The notes below the pieces were generated by a model that searched no databases, had not been told where the DNA came from, and saw only the letters and a program-made list of their open reading frames with translations. From assembly GCA_951406725.2 (NCBI GenBank), contig OX597817.1:70122001-70186000 (forward strand): a stretch of DNA of 64,000 nt, in the 5' to 3' direction. This document shows, piece by piece, positions 13,893 through 28,612 of this stretch. This DNA comes from Octopus vulgaris. Taxonomy: Eukaryota. Made by a program: the position numbers and the translations under genes. Position 1 is the stretch's first letter; each line of letters begins with the position of its first letter.

Positions 13893-14112
13893 GAGCTGGC
13901 AGAAACGTTAACACGCCGGGCGAAATGCTTAGCGGTATTTCGTCTGCCGCTACATTCTGAGTTCAAATTCCGCTGAGGTCGACTTTGCCCTTCATCCTTT
14001 CGGGGTCGATAAATTAAGTACCAGTTACGCACTGGAGTCGATATAATCGACTTAATCCGTTTGTCTGTCCTTGTTTGTCCTCTCTGTTTAGCCCTTTGTG
14101 GGTAGTAAAGAT
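13893..14112 (+). mobile_element. tRNA-derived SINE family B
   Basis: AGCTGGCAGAAACGTTA..GAGTTCAAATTCC (B box)..CTTTGTGGGTAGTAAAGA. Many copies in the window. Confidence 0.9.
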
Positions 14113-14116
14113 ATAG

Positions 14117-14159
<43 letters not shown>

Positions 14160-14579
14160 CATTATGTATGTATGTGTGTTTGTATAAACAAATCATGAAA
14201 AAGTTAGGATAAGAAATGGTATGAATTGACGATATTTCGGTTGTTATTGTTTGGTCTATTAAGAGAATTAGATGAACTAGGTTCAAGTAAAATTACAGGA
14301 AATTAAAAAATATACGCAGTATTTTCTTAAATAGAGAAAATATTTTGTTCTGTTAAATCTCTACTAATAATAACAGTAAGCAATATATTTTAGAGAAAAA
14401 CATTAACAAAGAAAAGGATTGCAAGAAGACACATATACGCAAATATAGTGAAGAGAAAACGTGGCAATAACGTGAGGTGATAATTGCAGGCCAAAGGTTT
14501 TGAAACTGCAAATTTTTCTGATTAGAGAAGATTGTGTGTGCGTGCGCGCGCGCGTATTGTGAGTGTATACATATATACA

Positions 14580-14612
<33 letters not shown>

Positions 14613-14619
<7 letters not shown>

Positions 14620-15601
14620 GTAAAAATAATTACAGACATGGACAAGAACATGAAACACCACAGAGACGACACAAGAACCACAGGACGGGACATTCGAAGC
14701 CCTCAGTCATCAGTCAAGAACCAGATCATCTTAGCAATTTCGGCTGATTAATCTTGAGATTGCTCCGATTTGGGCAGCCCGCCAAGGGAAATCTAAGCCA
14801 AGCGCATTAGATCCCCTGGAAGAAAGCTTCGAATATATACAACACGAGGACGGAAAACGAACGAAGTACACGAACAAAAATACAGAATACGTGACACCAA
14901 TAAGAATACAAAAACGTAAAAACAATAACGGTAAAAATAAAAAACAAAAAACAAAACAAAACCAGGACGTAGGACAAGGGTCTTTCGACAGGACGAGTTG
15001 AGTTTAGGGCTGGCTTATGAAGTTGTGCCTAATGGCCGCAGGGAGACGAACAAATACGTGTTGCTTCGGCGACTGCTGGAACGAAAAGGGCGCTCCGCAG
15101 TGGCTAGCGGTCACGTGAGAACAAAAGACAGGAGAAAGGGACAGATGAAAAGAGAGAGAAGGTGGACGAGGGAGGAGAAGAAAGAGACAGATCGAGGGGA
15201 CTGGAGGTGAGAGAGATAGAGAAACGTAGAAGGGGGGGGGAAAGACGGATGGAGAGGGAAAGAAAGGAAGGGGAATAAGGGAGGAGAGAGAGAGAGAGAG
15301 AAAGAGACAGATCAAGAGTCGTATCAATGCTAGAGAAAAAATATACTTATCGTATAAGGACAATTGTGGATACGTAGCCGCCGATTATATATGTAAACAG
15401 TAAAAATAATTACAGACATGGACAAGAACATGAAACACCACAGAGACGACACAAGAACCACAGGACGGGACATTCGAAGCCCTCAGTCATCAGTCAAGAA
15501 CCAGATCATCTTAGCAATTTCGGCTGATTAATCTTGAGATTGCTCCGATTTGGGCAGCCCGCCAAGGGAAATCTAAGCCAAGCGCATTAGATCCCCTGGA
15601 A
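14613..15601 (-). mobile_element. Non-coding partial-tandem element (780-bp period) in (TA)n
   Basis: Direct repeat 14613-14821 / 15393-15601, (TA)n on both sides, no ORF. Homologous to the 35-38 kb and 56.6 kb elements. Confidence 0.85.
14691..14835 (-). ncRNA. Candidate rearranged (pseudoknotted) hammerhead ribozyme; second, 5'-clipped copy at 15471-15601
   Basis: GGCUG..AGCAAU-C-UCAAGA-UUAAU-CAGCC-GAAAUUGCU..UCUUGA-CUGAUGA. Covariation with homologues. Confidence 0.65.
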
Positions 15602-15639
15602 ATATATATATATATATATATACACATACATATATATAC

Positions 15640-15693
<54 letters not shown>

Positions 15694-15756
15694 TGAGAGA
15701 AAGAGAGACAAACAGACAGAGCGAGAGAGAGGTGTTTGTGTGTATGAATGTATATG

Positions 15757-15904
<148 letters not shown>

Positions 15905-16153
15905 TACACATGCTCACATACAGATATACAGATATGTAAATTATAGAAAGTAAAAATGGAAATAAATGAATAAGCGACAGTGTACAAACATGTTCGGTTT
16001 TGTCGCCTTCGTTTGACAGTCAGACAAAAGCGACTAAGACGGATGTTCGAATAACTGGTCAAACATTTAATTGTCAAAATAAAATATATATGATACTGCC
16101 CTGGACGCTATTGCATGATACCCTGAATGTATTTTGATTGCTTTATATACATA

Positions 16154-17465
16154 CTAGCAAAGATACCCGGCGTTGCCCGGTTACATTCAATTGAAGAATT
16201 AGACTTTTCTGTTATATCTTGTAATGAACTGGAATATCTATGTTTCACATTTCATCAAAATTGCAGATGAAGGTTATTTCCCTCTGTACACCCTAAAAAA
16301 TTGTAATCGTGCCGCATGTTTCCCATACTACTGATTTTTATGCGCATATTCCAAAATCCCAGTCTTATTAAACCTGTTAAAAAGATTTTGCTTCTGAAAA
16401 ATGAAGGTCATGGAGCTCTAAAATGTGAGAGTTAAGGCCCCTGTTGGGGGTGGGCACCTTAATGTCAACCAGAGAATTTGAATTGTTGAGAATCTTTTTA
16501 ACTTGGGTCTTATATATATATTGTTTGAATTTCTTTGAAATAGGAAATATATGTTTACTGGGTTTGTAAAAGAGAGCAAAGCTACAGGAAACCAAAAGAC
16601 GAATGATCACAATAAGCAGTCAGTTACCCTACCCTAGTCGTTACCACTCCCAATGTAGGATTCCTCACCATCCAGGTGACAGGCACAGCTGTAAGATGCA
16701 TTACGAATCTATAGCAATTGGAAGGGCGTGACCCAACTGAAATCAACATTAACAATTGTGTGACGTGAGGGCTAAGGAGAAATTAAAGTGTCACCTCTGA
16801 AGTTTGCAGATGACCACTATGCTGATACGTAACTGGACAGAATAAATTTAAAATCTATAAATGCCTTTGAATAACCAGTCACTCATCTGGCAAGGCCTTG
16901 AAATCAATGTTACCATCTGGGGACTATGTGTGACCGAGTGATAATAAAAAGACTGAAAGGAAGTCTGCAATCAAATAAATTTACGCAACATTTTGCAACT
17001 GAATCAGTGGAGGCAAAGATGCCTCTCATTTACTTAACAATTTATGCACCACATTGCAGAAATCACAATGTAAGAGTATGTCAAAGCAAACTGTTATACT
17101 GTTGTACCAATGAATCAGAAATAATGCCCAACTTTTATGCTCGGGTAACCCTACAGTTTCCAAGAGCACAACTGTATTCGTTTTTGCTTAGATAAAATGA
17201 CAAAATTGTGCGTGTTAAGTCCTCATGGAGGGGTCTTTCAATTTTGTAAGAAGATGAAATTTTATAAATATTACTTCATTTATGTCTAATATCTATGGTT
17301 AAAATTTCATCAACAGCAAAAATATATGAATTGTCATGGGGGGTATGGCCCTTATGCATAGAATATAATTTCCAAATTTCATAAAGATACATTCAGTACT
17401 TTTGACCTAGTTTGGATCATAAAAGAAATGACTAAAATTTGGGAGTTAAGGCTCCCATTAGAGTG

Positions 17466-17470
<5 letters not shown>
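16154..17470 (-). mobile_element. Helitron-like element (3' end clear, 5' end uncertain)
   Basis: Minus strand ends CCGGGCAACGCCGGG hairpin, then ~8 nt, then CTAG|T at 16154. Confidence 0.5.
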
Positions 17471-17526
<56 letters not shown>

Positions 17527-17845
17527 CACACACGCACGCACACACATATATGTATATAGATAGATAGATAGGTATAGATATACACACACACAAATACATA
17601 CAAAGATAAATTGATAGATACAACTGAGTAGGCAAACAAAAATATGAGACACAGCCTAGTGCTTTTTTATGTTGATAAGCCGAGTACTTATTCTGTTAGT
17701 TATGTGGATGTAAATAAATGAACAGCAGTTGTGAAGCAGTGATGAGGGTGAAACACAAAGACAAAGACACACACATACACTTACATATATACATACATAT
17801 ATATACGATTGATTTGTTTCAGTTCCTGTCTACGAAATCCATATA

Positions 17846-18073
17846 TGTTGTTGTTGGCATCCTTGTTGTCTCGGGAGACAATGGAGTTGCGCATAAAATA
17901 ATCTAGTTCGGCTTTTACATTTCTGCCGGGTTGTGGCCCTAATACCACACGGTGTCAGACCAATCCGCCTTGGGTGGCCCTACCAGGAACCGAAGTTCCC
18001 GACGGCATAGCTCTGACACTACCCGTTGCCAGCGTCCCGACCACATTGAGGAGGGGATGGACTTTGGGGACGC
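17846..18073 (-). mobile_element. Short bipartite RTE-derived non-autonomous element with degenerate HDV-like ribozyme head
   Basis: 5' GCGUCCC..UCCUCAAUGU-GGUC-GGGACGCU-GG, then RTE 5'UTR-like GAGCUAUGCCGUCGGG..CCUGGUAGGGCCACCCAAGGC, then 3' CCAUUGUCUCCCGAGACAACAAGGAUGCC(AAC)n. Confidence 0.6.
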
Positions 18074-18231
18074 AAAGAAGACCTGAAGATATTTATATAC
18101 TTTGTGAATTTGGTAAACCTTATTGCAAGGTTATATGTATGTAACCTTACAATAAGGAAGAGCGTGTTCGTTAATATACATACATACATAATACATACAT
18201 ATACACACACATATATAAGTATGTGTGTGTA

Positions 18232-18813
<582 letters not shown>

Positions 18814-18820
<7 letters not shown>

Positions 18821-19045
18821 GGTTGTATACTGTCAATCTAACAAGAACGTGACAGTAGGGGGTACACCACCGTTATATAGCCCTAGGAGGCATCGAACGC
18901 CTCCTGACAGCTTCGACAGGATGCCTCCTAGGGCTATATAACGGTGGTGTACCCCCTACTGTCACGTTCTTGTTAGATTGACAGTATATAACCATTATAT
19001 CGCTCCACCACCGTACACCTCTCTACGAGAGATTTAGAAACTCAA

Positions 19046-19051
<6 letters not shown>
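18814..19051 (+). mobile_element. Fold-back insert in (TA)n
   Basis: Arms 18814-18894 / 18920-19000. Confidence 0.75.
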
Positions 19052-19110
<59 letters not shown>

Positions 19111-19114
<4 letters not shown>

Positions 19115-19385
19115 GGTTAATTGCAACAAGTTGCTCAAAACCACATACCGAAAATATTAGAAATAGCAGTCTCTGTGGAGAATTTTTTATTAGTAGGAGA
19201 AATAGTGATCAATTTGGCTGCTATTTCTAATATTTTCGGTATGTGGTTTTGAGCAACTTGTTGCAATTAACCGTTTATTATAATTAATATAATTCTTACC
19301 AAATATGGTCTTTTCCATCCCCGAAAAATCTACTAGGTGAAATTTATTAATTTTATTAAATTAATTATATTTCACCCTTTTTTGT
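19111..19385 (+). mobile_element. Fold-back pLTR-like insert, family 1
   Basis: Arms 19115-19169 / 19218-19272. Tail is homologous to 8915-9000. Confidence 0.75.
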
Positions 19386-19996
19386 ATATATATATATATA
19401 TATGTCAGGGCCCTGCAGCGCTGGACATTCCAATCCAGAGGTCGTGCGTTCTAATCCTACCAGAGATGACAATTAATACTTTCCACGGCGCTACTCCAGC
19501 ATGACCGAAGCTGCATAGCTGAAACGAGTAAAAGAGATATGCATGTATCTTAAAGATAACCTGACAATGAATAGACTTGTGAGAGTGTCTTGATTTCCGT
19601 GTCAAACTGAGACTTCTGTTTACTTCGATATACAATACTATGATTATACAAAATATATAAAAAAAAAAAAATATTTTAAATATCATGATATTTAGCATTG
19701 TGGTATAAAATCAATTATATGCATGTATGTAAATTATATGTTTGCTGAAGACAATGTGGAATATGCTAAAACAATGGTTTTATTTAATGAAATTCAGTTT
19801 GAAGGAAACATATGTTGCCAAATTAAACGAATATATGAGAAGTTTCAGATTGAAATATAATACAAAAAAATAATAAAGCGTAAAAGGAAAAAGGAATTTT
19901 CTTGTTTGATTAAAATTCTATTTTTCAAATTTGTATTCAAGTTTAAATACACATTGACACAAGGCTTAAAACATATACGTTACAAAGCACTTCGGA

Positions 19997-20046
<50 letters not shown>

Positions 20047-20051
20047 TATAT

Positions 20052-20140
<89 letters not shown>

Positions 20141-20286
20141 TGCATATATATATGTATATATATATATAATATATATATGCATATATATATAATATATATG
20201 CATATATGTATATATATATATATATAATATTATAATATATATGCATATATATATGTGTATATATATATATATAATATATATACATA

Positions 20287-20329
<43 letters not shown>

Positions 20330-20357
20330 GTATATATGTATATATATATATGTGTAC

Positions 20358-20430
<73 letters not shown>

Positions 20431-20802
20431 TATATGGGGTAGGGTGCGTGTTATGTGTATTGAATACCTGAAACAATGTTTTATAAATATATGCTTGAAT
20501 TTCTGGTGCAAATGTCACAACAGTGATAGATGGGTTCAGTGTTACATTACCAAAATGTCAATATGCATTTATTTATTTTTTAAGAAAACAATAATCTTTA
20601 TAAAAAAAATTTCTAATGACAAACGCTACCTAACTTGTGGAAAATCAGGCTCTAGAGATATTCAGTTTCTTTGCCTTGAGAATTTAAATGCTGTCAGAAT
20701 TAATTTTTTAATTTAACCTTTCCTAGTCAACGCAATTCCGTATACTAAACTTCTACATATTTGTGTTCTTTTGACAAAGGTATAACTTAACTTTTTTTTA
20801 TG

Positions 20803-21180
20803 TTTTACTTGCTTTATTCATTGGATTGCAGCCAAGCGAGAACAGCGCTTTGAAGGGTGAAATGGAACAAATCGACCCCCAGTAATTTTTAAAATTTTAT
20901 ATCGGATATTTTTATCTGTCTCTTTGGCAGAACGCTAAGTTACGGGAACGTAAAGTAACTGACACCGGTTATAAAGTGATAGGGGAGGACACATACACAC
21001 ACACTCCCAACACACACACACTTATATATGCGATGGGCTTCTTTCAGTTCCCAAATCCACTCACAAGGCTGTGGTTGGCCCAAGGCTATAGCAGAAGACA
21101 CTTGCCCAAGGTGTCACGCAGTCAGACTGAACTGGGGACCACGTGGTTGGAAAACAAACTTCTCAACACACAGCCATATT
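20803..21180 (-). mobile_element. SINE family A, diverged
   Basis: Reverse-complement match to family A head and tail. Confidence 0.8.
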
Positions 21181-22095
21181 CACACCTATTTTCGTTTTTT
21201 ATTTCTTACTTTTTAATTTATTAAAGTACCCTACTCAGGCTACATTGCCGGTTCGAGGCAATCCCTGAAAGTACGGTAACACCGTCTGCCGGGCCTATCC
21301 GAAATGTGTGCTGGGTGACGAGACAGTCTTGCACGGGCTTGTTCATTGTTTAACCATTTCTTACTTGTGCAGATATGAAGAACAACAGCTGTCACGTGCA
21401 AGAAAGGTCCGGCAATTAACCGAGACTATTTTGAATCCGCTTCGTTACTTTAGGAAGAAGCATTAGTTTACCTGTCTAATATGCATGACGAAAGAGACTG
21501 TTTGATGAACAAGATCAAAAGGGCTGAGGACAGCACCTTCCTCAGTCAAGCCCTGATCATGTTCATGTTCTGTTGAGAGAAGCGTTGCCCTTCAGTGATT
21601 TTACTCAAAGATGGATGAAAGCGGTAACAATGGTCCACGTAAACTACTCTCGTTTCGCGACAGTGTGTGTGTGTGTATGTGCGCGTGTGTGCGCACGCAT
21701 ATGTTTTTATGAAATTATGAAGTCATGGACATGCATTATCGGAATTTGAACTCTCAGCATACAGACACCCAGTATGTTAAAACTGTTGAATATGTTGGTA
21801 TTTTTTTACAGCAAAATTACGTTTATGGATGTCATGCACATTCTATGCCGTTTTGTAAACGACACACGTTGACATTTTGTTGATCTGCTGCTGAACAGAT
21901 GGTGGAACAATGTTGTGACATTTGTGATATAAAACATATATCACACATACAATACGTGTGCGCGCGCACACACATATATGTATACTCATATATACATGTA
22001 TATACTCATATATGTATACTCATATATATGCATAATCATATATAGAAACACGCATACATATACATATACATACAGTCAGATCAATATATACATGC

Positions 22096-22132
<37 letters not shown>

Positions 22133-23255
22133 CACATTTGAATACATATACACATATGTGTGTATGTTTATATACATACATATTTATATGCCTATATATG
22201 CCTATATATATATATGTGTGTGTGTGTGTGTATGTATGGTTGATATTCATATACACTTATATGTATATGAATATGTTTATATATACATGTGTGTGTTTGT
22301 GTGTGTGAGGGCACATGGTTTAGTGATCGTGATTTCAATTCCTAGACTGGGTGATCTAGGAATTGAGCAAAACACTTCATCTAACGTTGCTCTGTGATCA
22401 TTTCGATACCTGACGTGTGGGACACTGTGCACCTATTCATGTAACGTCGGTTTGCTGGAGAGAGAGTGAACTAATGTGGGGCACGAAGGTTTGATCACTA
22501 TAAACATATCGGTTGTATAGGCCGTTCGGCAAAATCTGAATGCTCATATGTCAAGAAAGTTTACTGGAATGCTAAAATCTTTGTAGGGCTGGTTGAGGGA
22601 GGAGGAGGGTGTAGTGATTATAGCAGACATATATGTACTGATAAACTGATGCATCAGTCTTACCAGATCAATTTTATTAATATAGACAAGGCTGGCCCTT
22701 GTGAATGACAAGTACATCTCACTTTTGCCAGCTGAGTGAACTGCAGGAATACCATGTATAACGCACCGCTGGTTTTCGAACTCATGATCGTGAGCCGTAT
22801 ACCCTAACCTGTACGTCACGCACCAGCAGATACCAACTATTTTTCTTTTTGAATAATTAGGCCATTTTTTCCGGAACATTGAATACAACACGGTTGAATA
22901 CAACGACAACTCGGTGACGAGTATATTCAGGATGTTCTGAGCTTAACCAAAAGTGCTTGTTATTGATTTGTGCGAAAGCTAACCAGAACGGATATTAAAT
23001 CAATACACACCCTTAAAACAGCCTTAGATTAAAATATCTGTGTGTATAACGTAATGCATTTATAAACATGCAGCAGTACCAGCTGCAATTATTTGTCTCA
23101 GAAGAACCTCCCAGACCTTTACATGTTAAATTTTTTTAAAAATTCAGTTGTTTGTCAATTGAATTTTCAAAGGATAATAAAGCCTTCCATCCGGTACAAA
23201 ACACTCGATATAAAGAGGAATCTCTCGTATAATAACCTTATTACTAGCAGTAATA

Positions 23256-23643
23256 CTAGCAGTATCGCCTGGCGTTGCTCGGGTTTGGTTCGACCCTTTA
23301 GAATTGGAATTTTTGAAAAGTAAAAATTTTGCATTATGTAGCTTGTTATTCTCTTTAAGTGAACATTTTCTGGTTGAAATGCACCGAAAAATGGCAACAC
23401 AGCATTCAAAATATCGTAAAAAATCGTAAAAAAATAGGGATTTTCATAGAAAAAAGCACCTTTTTAATGTAAATAATTTTTGGTCTTAACATGGTCCGAT
23501 TTGAATTTTATCTTCTACGGAATGAAGAGCAAGCCTTCTTCTATCATACTTTCAATTCTTTCGCAGGGTCTCGGAGGAGATAGTGCTAGTTGAAGGCTAC
23601 CAAACCTGCCACACAGAGACAACTTCAGCTTTATATATAAAGA
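23256..23643 (-). mobile_element. Non-autonomous Helitron
   Basis: Minus strand reads A|TC start at 23643, a subterminal GC-rich imperfect hairpin, and a CTAG|T end at 23256. Confidence 0.75.
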
Positions 23644-24456
23644 TTGGCCGACAGCAATCTTTCGCCCTAATATGTACTCCAAAACATTCAGAGCCAGAAC
23701 GTTCTTAAAAAAGTGTGTCGGCCGTCTAGTTCAAAATATTGTCCGAACACCATCAAGTTTGATAACGGAGATTGTCTTAGTGCAATTAAATTGCTTCATT
23801 AAAGCTGGATTTACTGATTCACGTGTGATAGTTTACACATATCAAATTGCAAATTGCAAAGAAAAGTAAGAAAAAAAGCAACATTCCTTTCTGTTTTGGA
23901 TAGTGTTAAATCAATTGATTACAGAATCTGAATCTTTCCATAGAAACTGAGGTGATAGACGCTAGATCTCTGCAATAAATAATGAATCGATTACAGATTT
24001 GCTTGAAATACTAATGTCTGTTTTTAATTGATTAATGAGTCTGGTAGATGGGTAGCTAAAAAGACTGTGATGTATCTATGTGCGTGTGTGCGTGCATATG
24101 TATATATGAATATGCCTATACCTATGAGTCTATATATATATCTATGTGTATATATCAATGCATGTATATATATATGTACACTATTTATGTGTGTGTAGGT
24201 GTGCGTGTGTAGTGTGACCGAATGATTAAGAAGTTCGCATAACAAACGTGAGATCTGGATTTGAACATGCTCAATGTCACCTTGAGCAAATGTCATTTTC
24301 TATAGCCTTAACCCAGACCTTGTGAATGGAATTGTATACAATAAAACTGCATACAATTTCGTCGAGTGGATTCTACTGGTAATTCAAAAGGAAGTCTTGT
24401 CACACACTGTGTCCTGTAGGTTCTGCCAAATAATGGTAAAGAGTTCACATCTGTCC

Positions 24457-24510
<54 letters not shown>

Positions 24511-24744
24511 CACACACACAACACACAAGCGCCGTTGGATAATTTGGGATACTTTTGGTTACTATTAGAATTGTAGATTACCCAAGGCGGTGAAATTCCC
24601 TTAGTGACATATTCCGTACCAAGACAATACTAAACTGTTTGTTTTGTCAATGGTTCTCGTCAGTTTGTGGTGTGCTTCAATTTGATACGATTTCATTCTT
24701 TATGGATCCCCTATAATCTAAACTATATATATATATATATATAT

Positions 24745-24959
24745 AAATTAGAGAAAAACCACTATTATATAATTCAAACAATGATAGACGTAAATCATAC
24801 CATATAGAAAAAATAAAATATATTATAAGACATTTATCTAGATCATAATAAAGTACATAATAATATATAAACATTATAAAATTAGTATTTATTTTTTCTA
24901 TATGGTGTGATTTACGTCTATCATTGTTTGAATTACATAATAGTGTTTTTTCTCTAATT

Positions 24960-24992
<33 letters not shown>

Positions 24993-25002
24993 ATGTGTGT
25001 GT

Positions 25003-25038
<36 letters not shown>

Positions 25039-25105
25039 TTATACTGTGAAATTTGATTTAATGCTAAATTGAATTTTTCCCTGTAAGCTTAGATTTATAC
25101 TCCCT

Positions 25106-25108
<3 letters not shown>
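24745..25108 (+). mobile_element. Fold-back pLTR-like insert, family 2
   Basis: Arms 24745-24817 / 24888-24960 with (TA)n flanks. Confidence 0.75.
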
Positions 25109-25159
<51 letters not shown>

Positions 25160-25162
<3 letters not shown>

Positions 25163-25520
25163 TTTTATTCTATGACTTGTTGCAGCCATTTGACTGCGGC
25201 CTTGCTGGAGCACCACATTAAAGGGTTTCCTTAGCAAAGAAATCAACCCAGAACCTTATTCTTTGTAAGCCTATTACTTATTCAATCGTCTCTTTGGCTG
25301 AACCGTTAAGTTACGGGGACGTAAATACACCAACATTGGTTATCAAGTGATGGGCAACAGAGGAAACACAAAGATATAAATACAAACATACATATACATA
25401 TACATTCGGTAGCTTCCGTCTACCAAATCCACTCACTTGGAGCTATAGTAGAAAACACTTGCCCAAGGTGCCACGCAGTGAGACTGAACCCAGAACCATG
25501 TGGTTGGGAAGCAACCTTCT
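25160..25520 (-). mobile_element. SINE family A, diverged
   Basis: Reverse-complement match to family A. Confidence 0.8.
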
Positions 25521-26503
25521 GAAGCTGCTGGATTTGTTGCGTATAGAAACAGATTGACAACTTGTTTCTCTGGGATTTGTCAAGTGATGGAGACACCTCA
25601 ATAGAATTCGAAAATCGATGAAAGCTATTCATTTTTTCAATCTATGAAGAATTAGTTAAATTTGTTGCCATATTCTACGCGTACTACATTGGTTTAAGTA
25701 TTTATATATATGTGTGTGTGTGTGTGTGTGTATGTGTGTGTGTGTGTGTGTAACGTGGTATAATATGGTATAAAATATATATATATATATAAATATATAT
25801 ATACAGACACACACACCCAGATGTGAGTATCTCGCTCTCTCTCTCTCGCTCTCTCTCTCACTCGCGCTCTCTCAGTCGATATATATATATATATATCGAG
25901 AGAGAGAGAGAGAGAGAGAGAGATTCCATGACTTACAACAGCTTGAGCTACGATTGTTTACTGTTACAATATTCTCCCACAGCTGTGTATTACACAGATG
26001 TGTGTAATACCTTCTGCGCACAGAGAGATACTACCACCATTGCAGCTTTTGGCTATCTCACTTCGCAATATCGCTCTGTGTCGTTTGTTTTCATCCAGTT
26101 TCTCAGTTAGCCGTTTGTTACGCATGAACTTCCCAGTTATTAACCCAAAACATGCTTTAACAACCCTAAATGTGAGTTTCACGTTCAAAGTGAAAAAACG
26201 AAAAATGAATCAATTTAGAAACAAAATTGAGATTAATTGCGCAGAAGGAATGAAGAGAATTTGTTTCGGTTCAGTTTGTGCTTGTCGATGATCTTTATAA
26301 TCCTAAAAGATAAGCACAACATCAGCAATGCAGTAAAATCATCTGTATCCATCTTCACAAAAACTTTTAAAACTCAGCGATAATTGAGAAAATAGGAAAA
26401 TGTTTATCACGTGTTTAGAGGCCCAGATTCAAATAAGAATACTGTTGAGCCTTTTAAATTTGCAATCTAAAACAAAGAGCTTGCTTGAAGCACAGAGGGA
26501 ATC

Positions 26504-26918
26504 TTATTTCTTTACTACCCACAAGGGGCTACACACGGAGGGGACAAACAAGGACAGACAAAAGGTTTAAGTCGATTATATCGACCCCAGTGCGTAACTG
26601 GTACTTATTTAATCGTCCCTGAAAGGATGAAAGGCAAAGTCGACCTCGGCGGAATTTGAACTCAGAACGTAGCAGCAGACGAAATACCTATTTCTTTACT
26701 ACCCACAAGGGGCTAAACACAGAGGGGACAAACAATGACAGACAAACAGATTAAGTCGATTATATCGACGTCAGTGCGTAACTGGTACTTATTTAACCGT
26801 CCTCAGGATGAAAGGCAAAGTCGACCTCGGCGGAATTTGAACTCAGAACGTAGCAGCAGACGAAATACTGCTAAGCATTTCGCCCGGTGTGCTAACGTTT
26901 CTGCCAGCTCGCCACCTT
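26504..26918 (-). mobile_element. SINE family B, tandem dimer
   Basis: Two head-to-tail copies, junction near 26688. Confidence 0.9.
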
Positions 26919-26989
26919 AAAGATTCGCATTGAAAGATTCGCTCAGAGGGAATATTTCAATGATATTACTAATGTAAATTATTTGTAGT

Positions 26990-27480
26990 AATTCTTGGAT
27001 GGTGTAGGTGTTTCGAAAAGCACGGAAATTCCTACAAAGTAAAGGAAAGCGGCAAGGGAACAAGTGGTGATGAAGAAGACGCGGCTTTGTTTAAATTAAA
27101 GTTGCATAATGGTAATGGTAGTAAGAAGCTTTTTTCGTCTGCCGTTAGGTTCTGAGTTCAAATTCCGCCGAGGTCGACTTGCCTTTCATCCTTTTGGGGT
27201 CGATTAAATAAGTACAAGTTACGCACTGGGGTTGATATAATCGACTTAATCCGTTTGTCTGTCCTTGTTTGTCCTCTCTGTGTTTAGCCCCTTGTGGGTA
27301 GTAAAGAAATAGGTAGTAAGGAGCTTTTGTTAGAACATATGACTAATTTTGATGAAACTGGCTAATATTGGAAGAGCATATCAGCAAATGAAGGAGTAAC
27401 AAAATGCATAGATGGTAATCTCGAAATGTGTTTTGAAAACCCGTATAAACACCTTCAATGGCGTTTATGTAAACGGTATT
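26990..27480 (+). pseudogene. pogo/Tigger-like transposase remnant interrupted by a SINE B copy (27134-27313)
   Basis: GWCRCFEKH..VKESGKGTSGDEEDAALF before the SINE and NFDETG*YWK after it. Confidence 0.5.
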
Positions 27481-27764
27481 GTGAGTGACATTCGAAAAGA
27501 AATTTATTTGTATGACAGGTTGATCTTGAAGTGGACAAAAGATGACGCTGAAGAGTTGAAAGCGGGTGAAGCCTAAGATCTGACGTATGAAGAGTTGACA
27601 GCGTTGGAAAAGAAAAGCAGGGAAAATGATGAAATATTAGAAACCACCCAACCATTAACAAGCAATGTAGTTAGAAACGAAGTGGAGAAGAAACAATTGT
27701 AACGAATATTAAAACTGTGCTGAATTCATCCTTCGTCTTTTTCCTTACACACATGTACACACAG

Positions 27765-27812
<48 letters not shown>

Positions 27813-27934
27813 CGCGGGTTAGAAAGAGAGAGAGATTTTAATGAAAATTAATGAAGTCTAATTAAGTGTCACTGTGATTTTCAACAACACAGGTGGGTGA
27901 GAATAAATACATTGAATACACGCACAGGTCAGTA

Positions 27935-28024
<90 letters not shown>

Positions 28025-28142
28025 TGTCCGTGAGTGTTCAGGTGCGTTAATATTTTGTATGGACAAAATGAAAACTATGAATTACGACAAAAATTCTTCC
28101 ACATTGACAGAATTAGTATTTGCGTATCCGTATATATTCGTT

Positions 28143-28369
28143 CATTCTTTTATTCTTTTACTTGTTTCAGTCATTTGACTGTGACCATGCACGAGCACAG
28201 CTTTTAATCTAACAAATCGACACCAGGACTTATTTTTTGTAAGTTTAGTACTTATTTTATTGGTGTATTTTGCCGAAACGCTAGGTTACGGAGACGTAAA
28301 CACACCAACATTGGTTATCAAGAGACGGTCGGGTAACAAACACACACGCATAAACATATATATATGTGT

Positions 28370-28407
<38 letters not shown>

Positions 28408-28612
28408 GTGTGTGTGTGTGTGTGTATGTGTGTATGTATATTTGTATATACGATAGGCTTCTTTGAGTTTCCGTCTACCAAATCCTCTCACAAGGCTTTA
28501 ATCGGCCCGAGGCGATAGTAGAATACACTTGTCCTAGGTGCCACGCAGCGGAACTGAACTCAGTACCATGTGGTTGGGAAGCATGCTTCTTACTACACAG
28601 CCACGCCTGTGC
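28143..28612 (-). mobile_element. SINE family A
   Basis: Reverse-complement match over the full length. Confidence 0.85.

Noticed and set aside
16560-17200. Rep/helicase coding remnant inside the Helitron-like element
   Set aside because: No convincing helicase or Rep motif in the frames I read.
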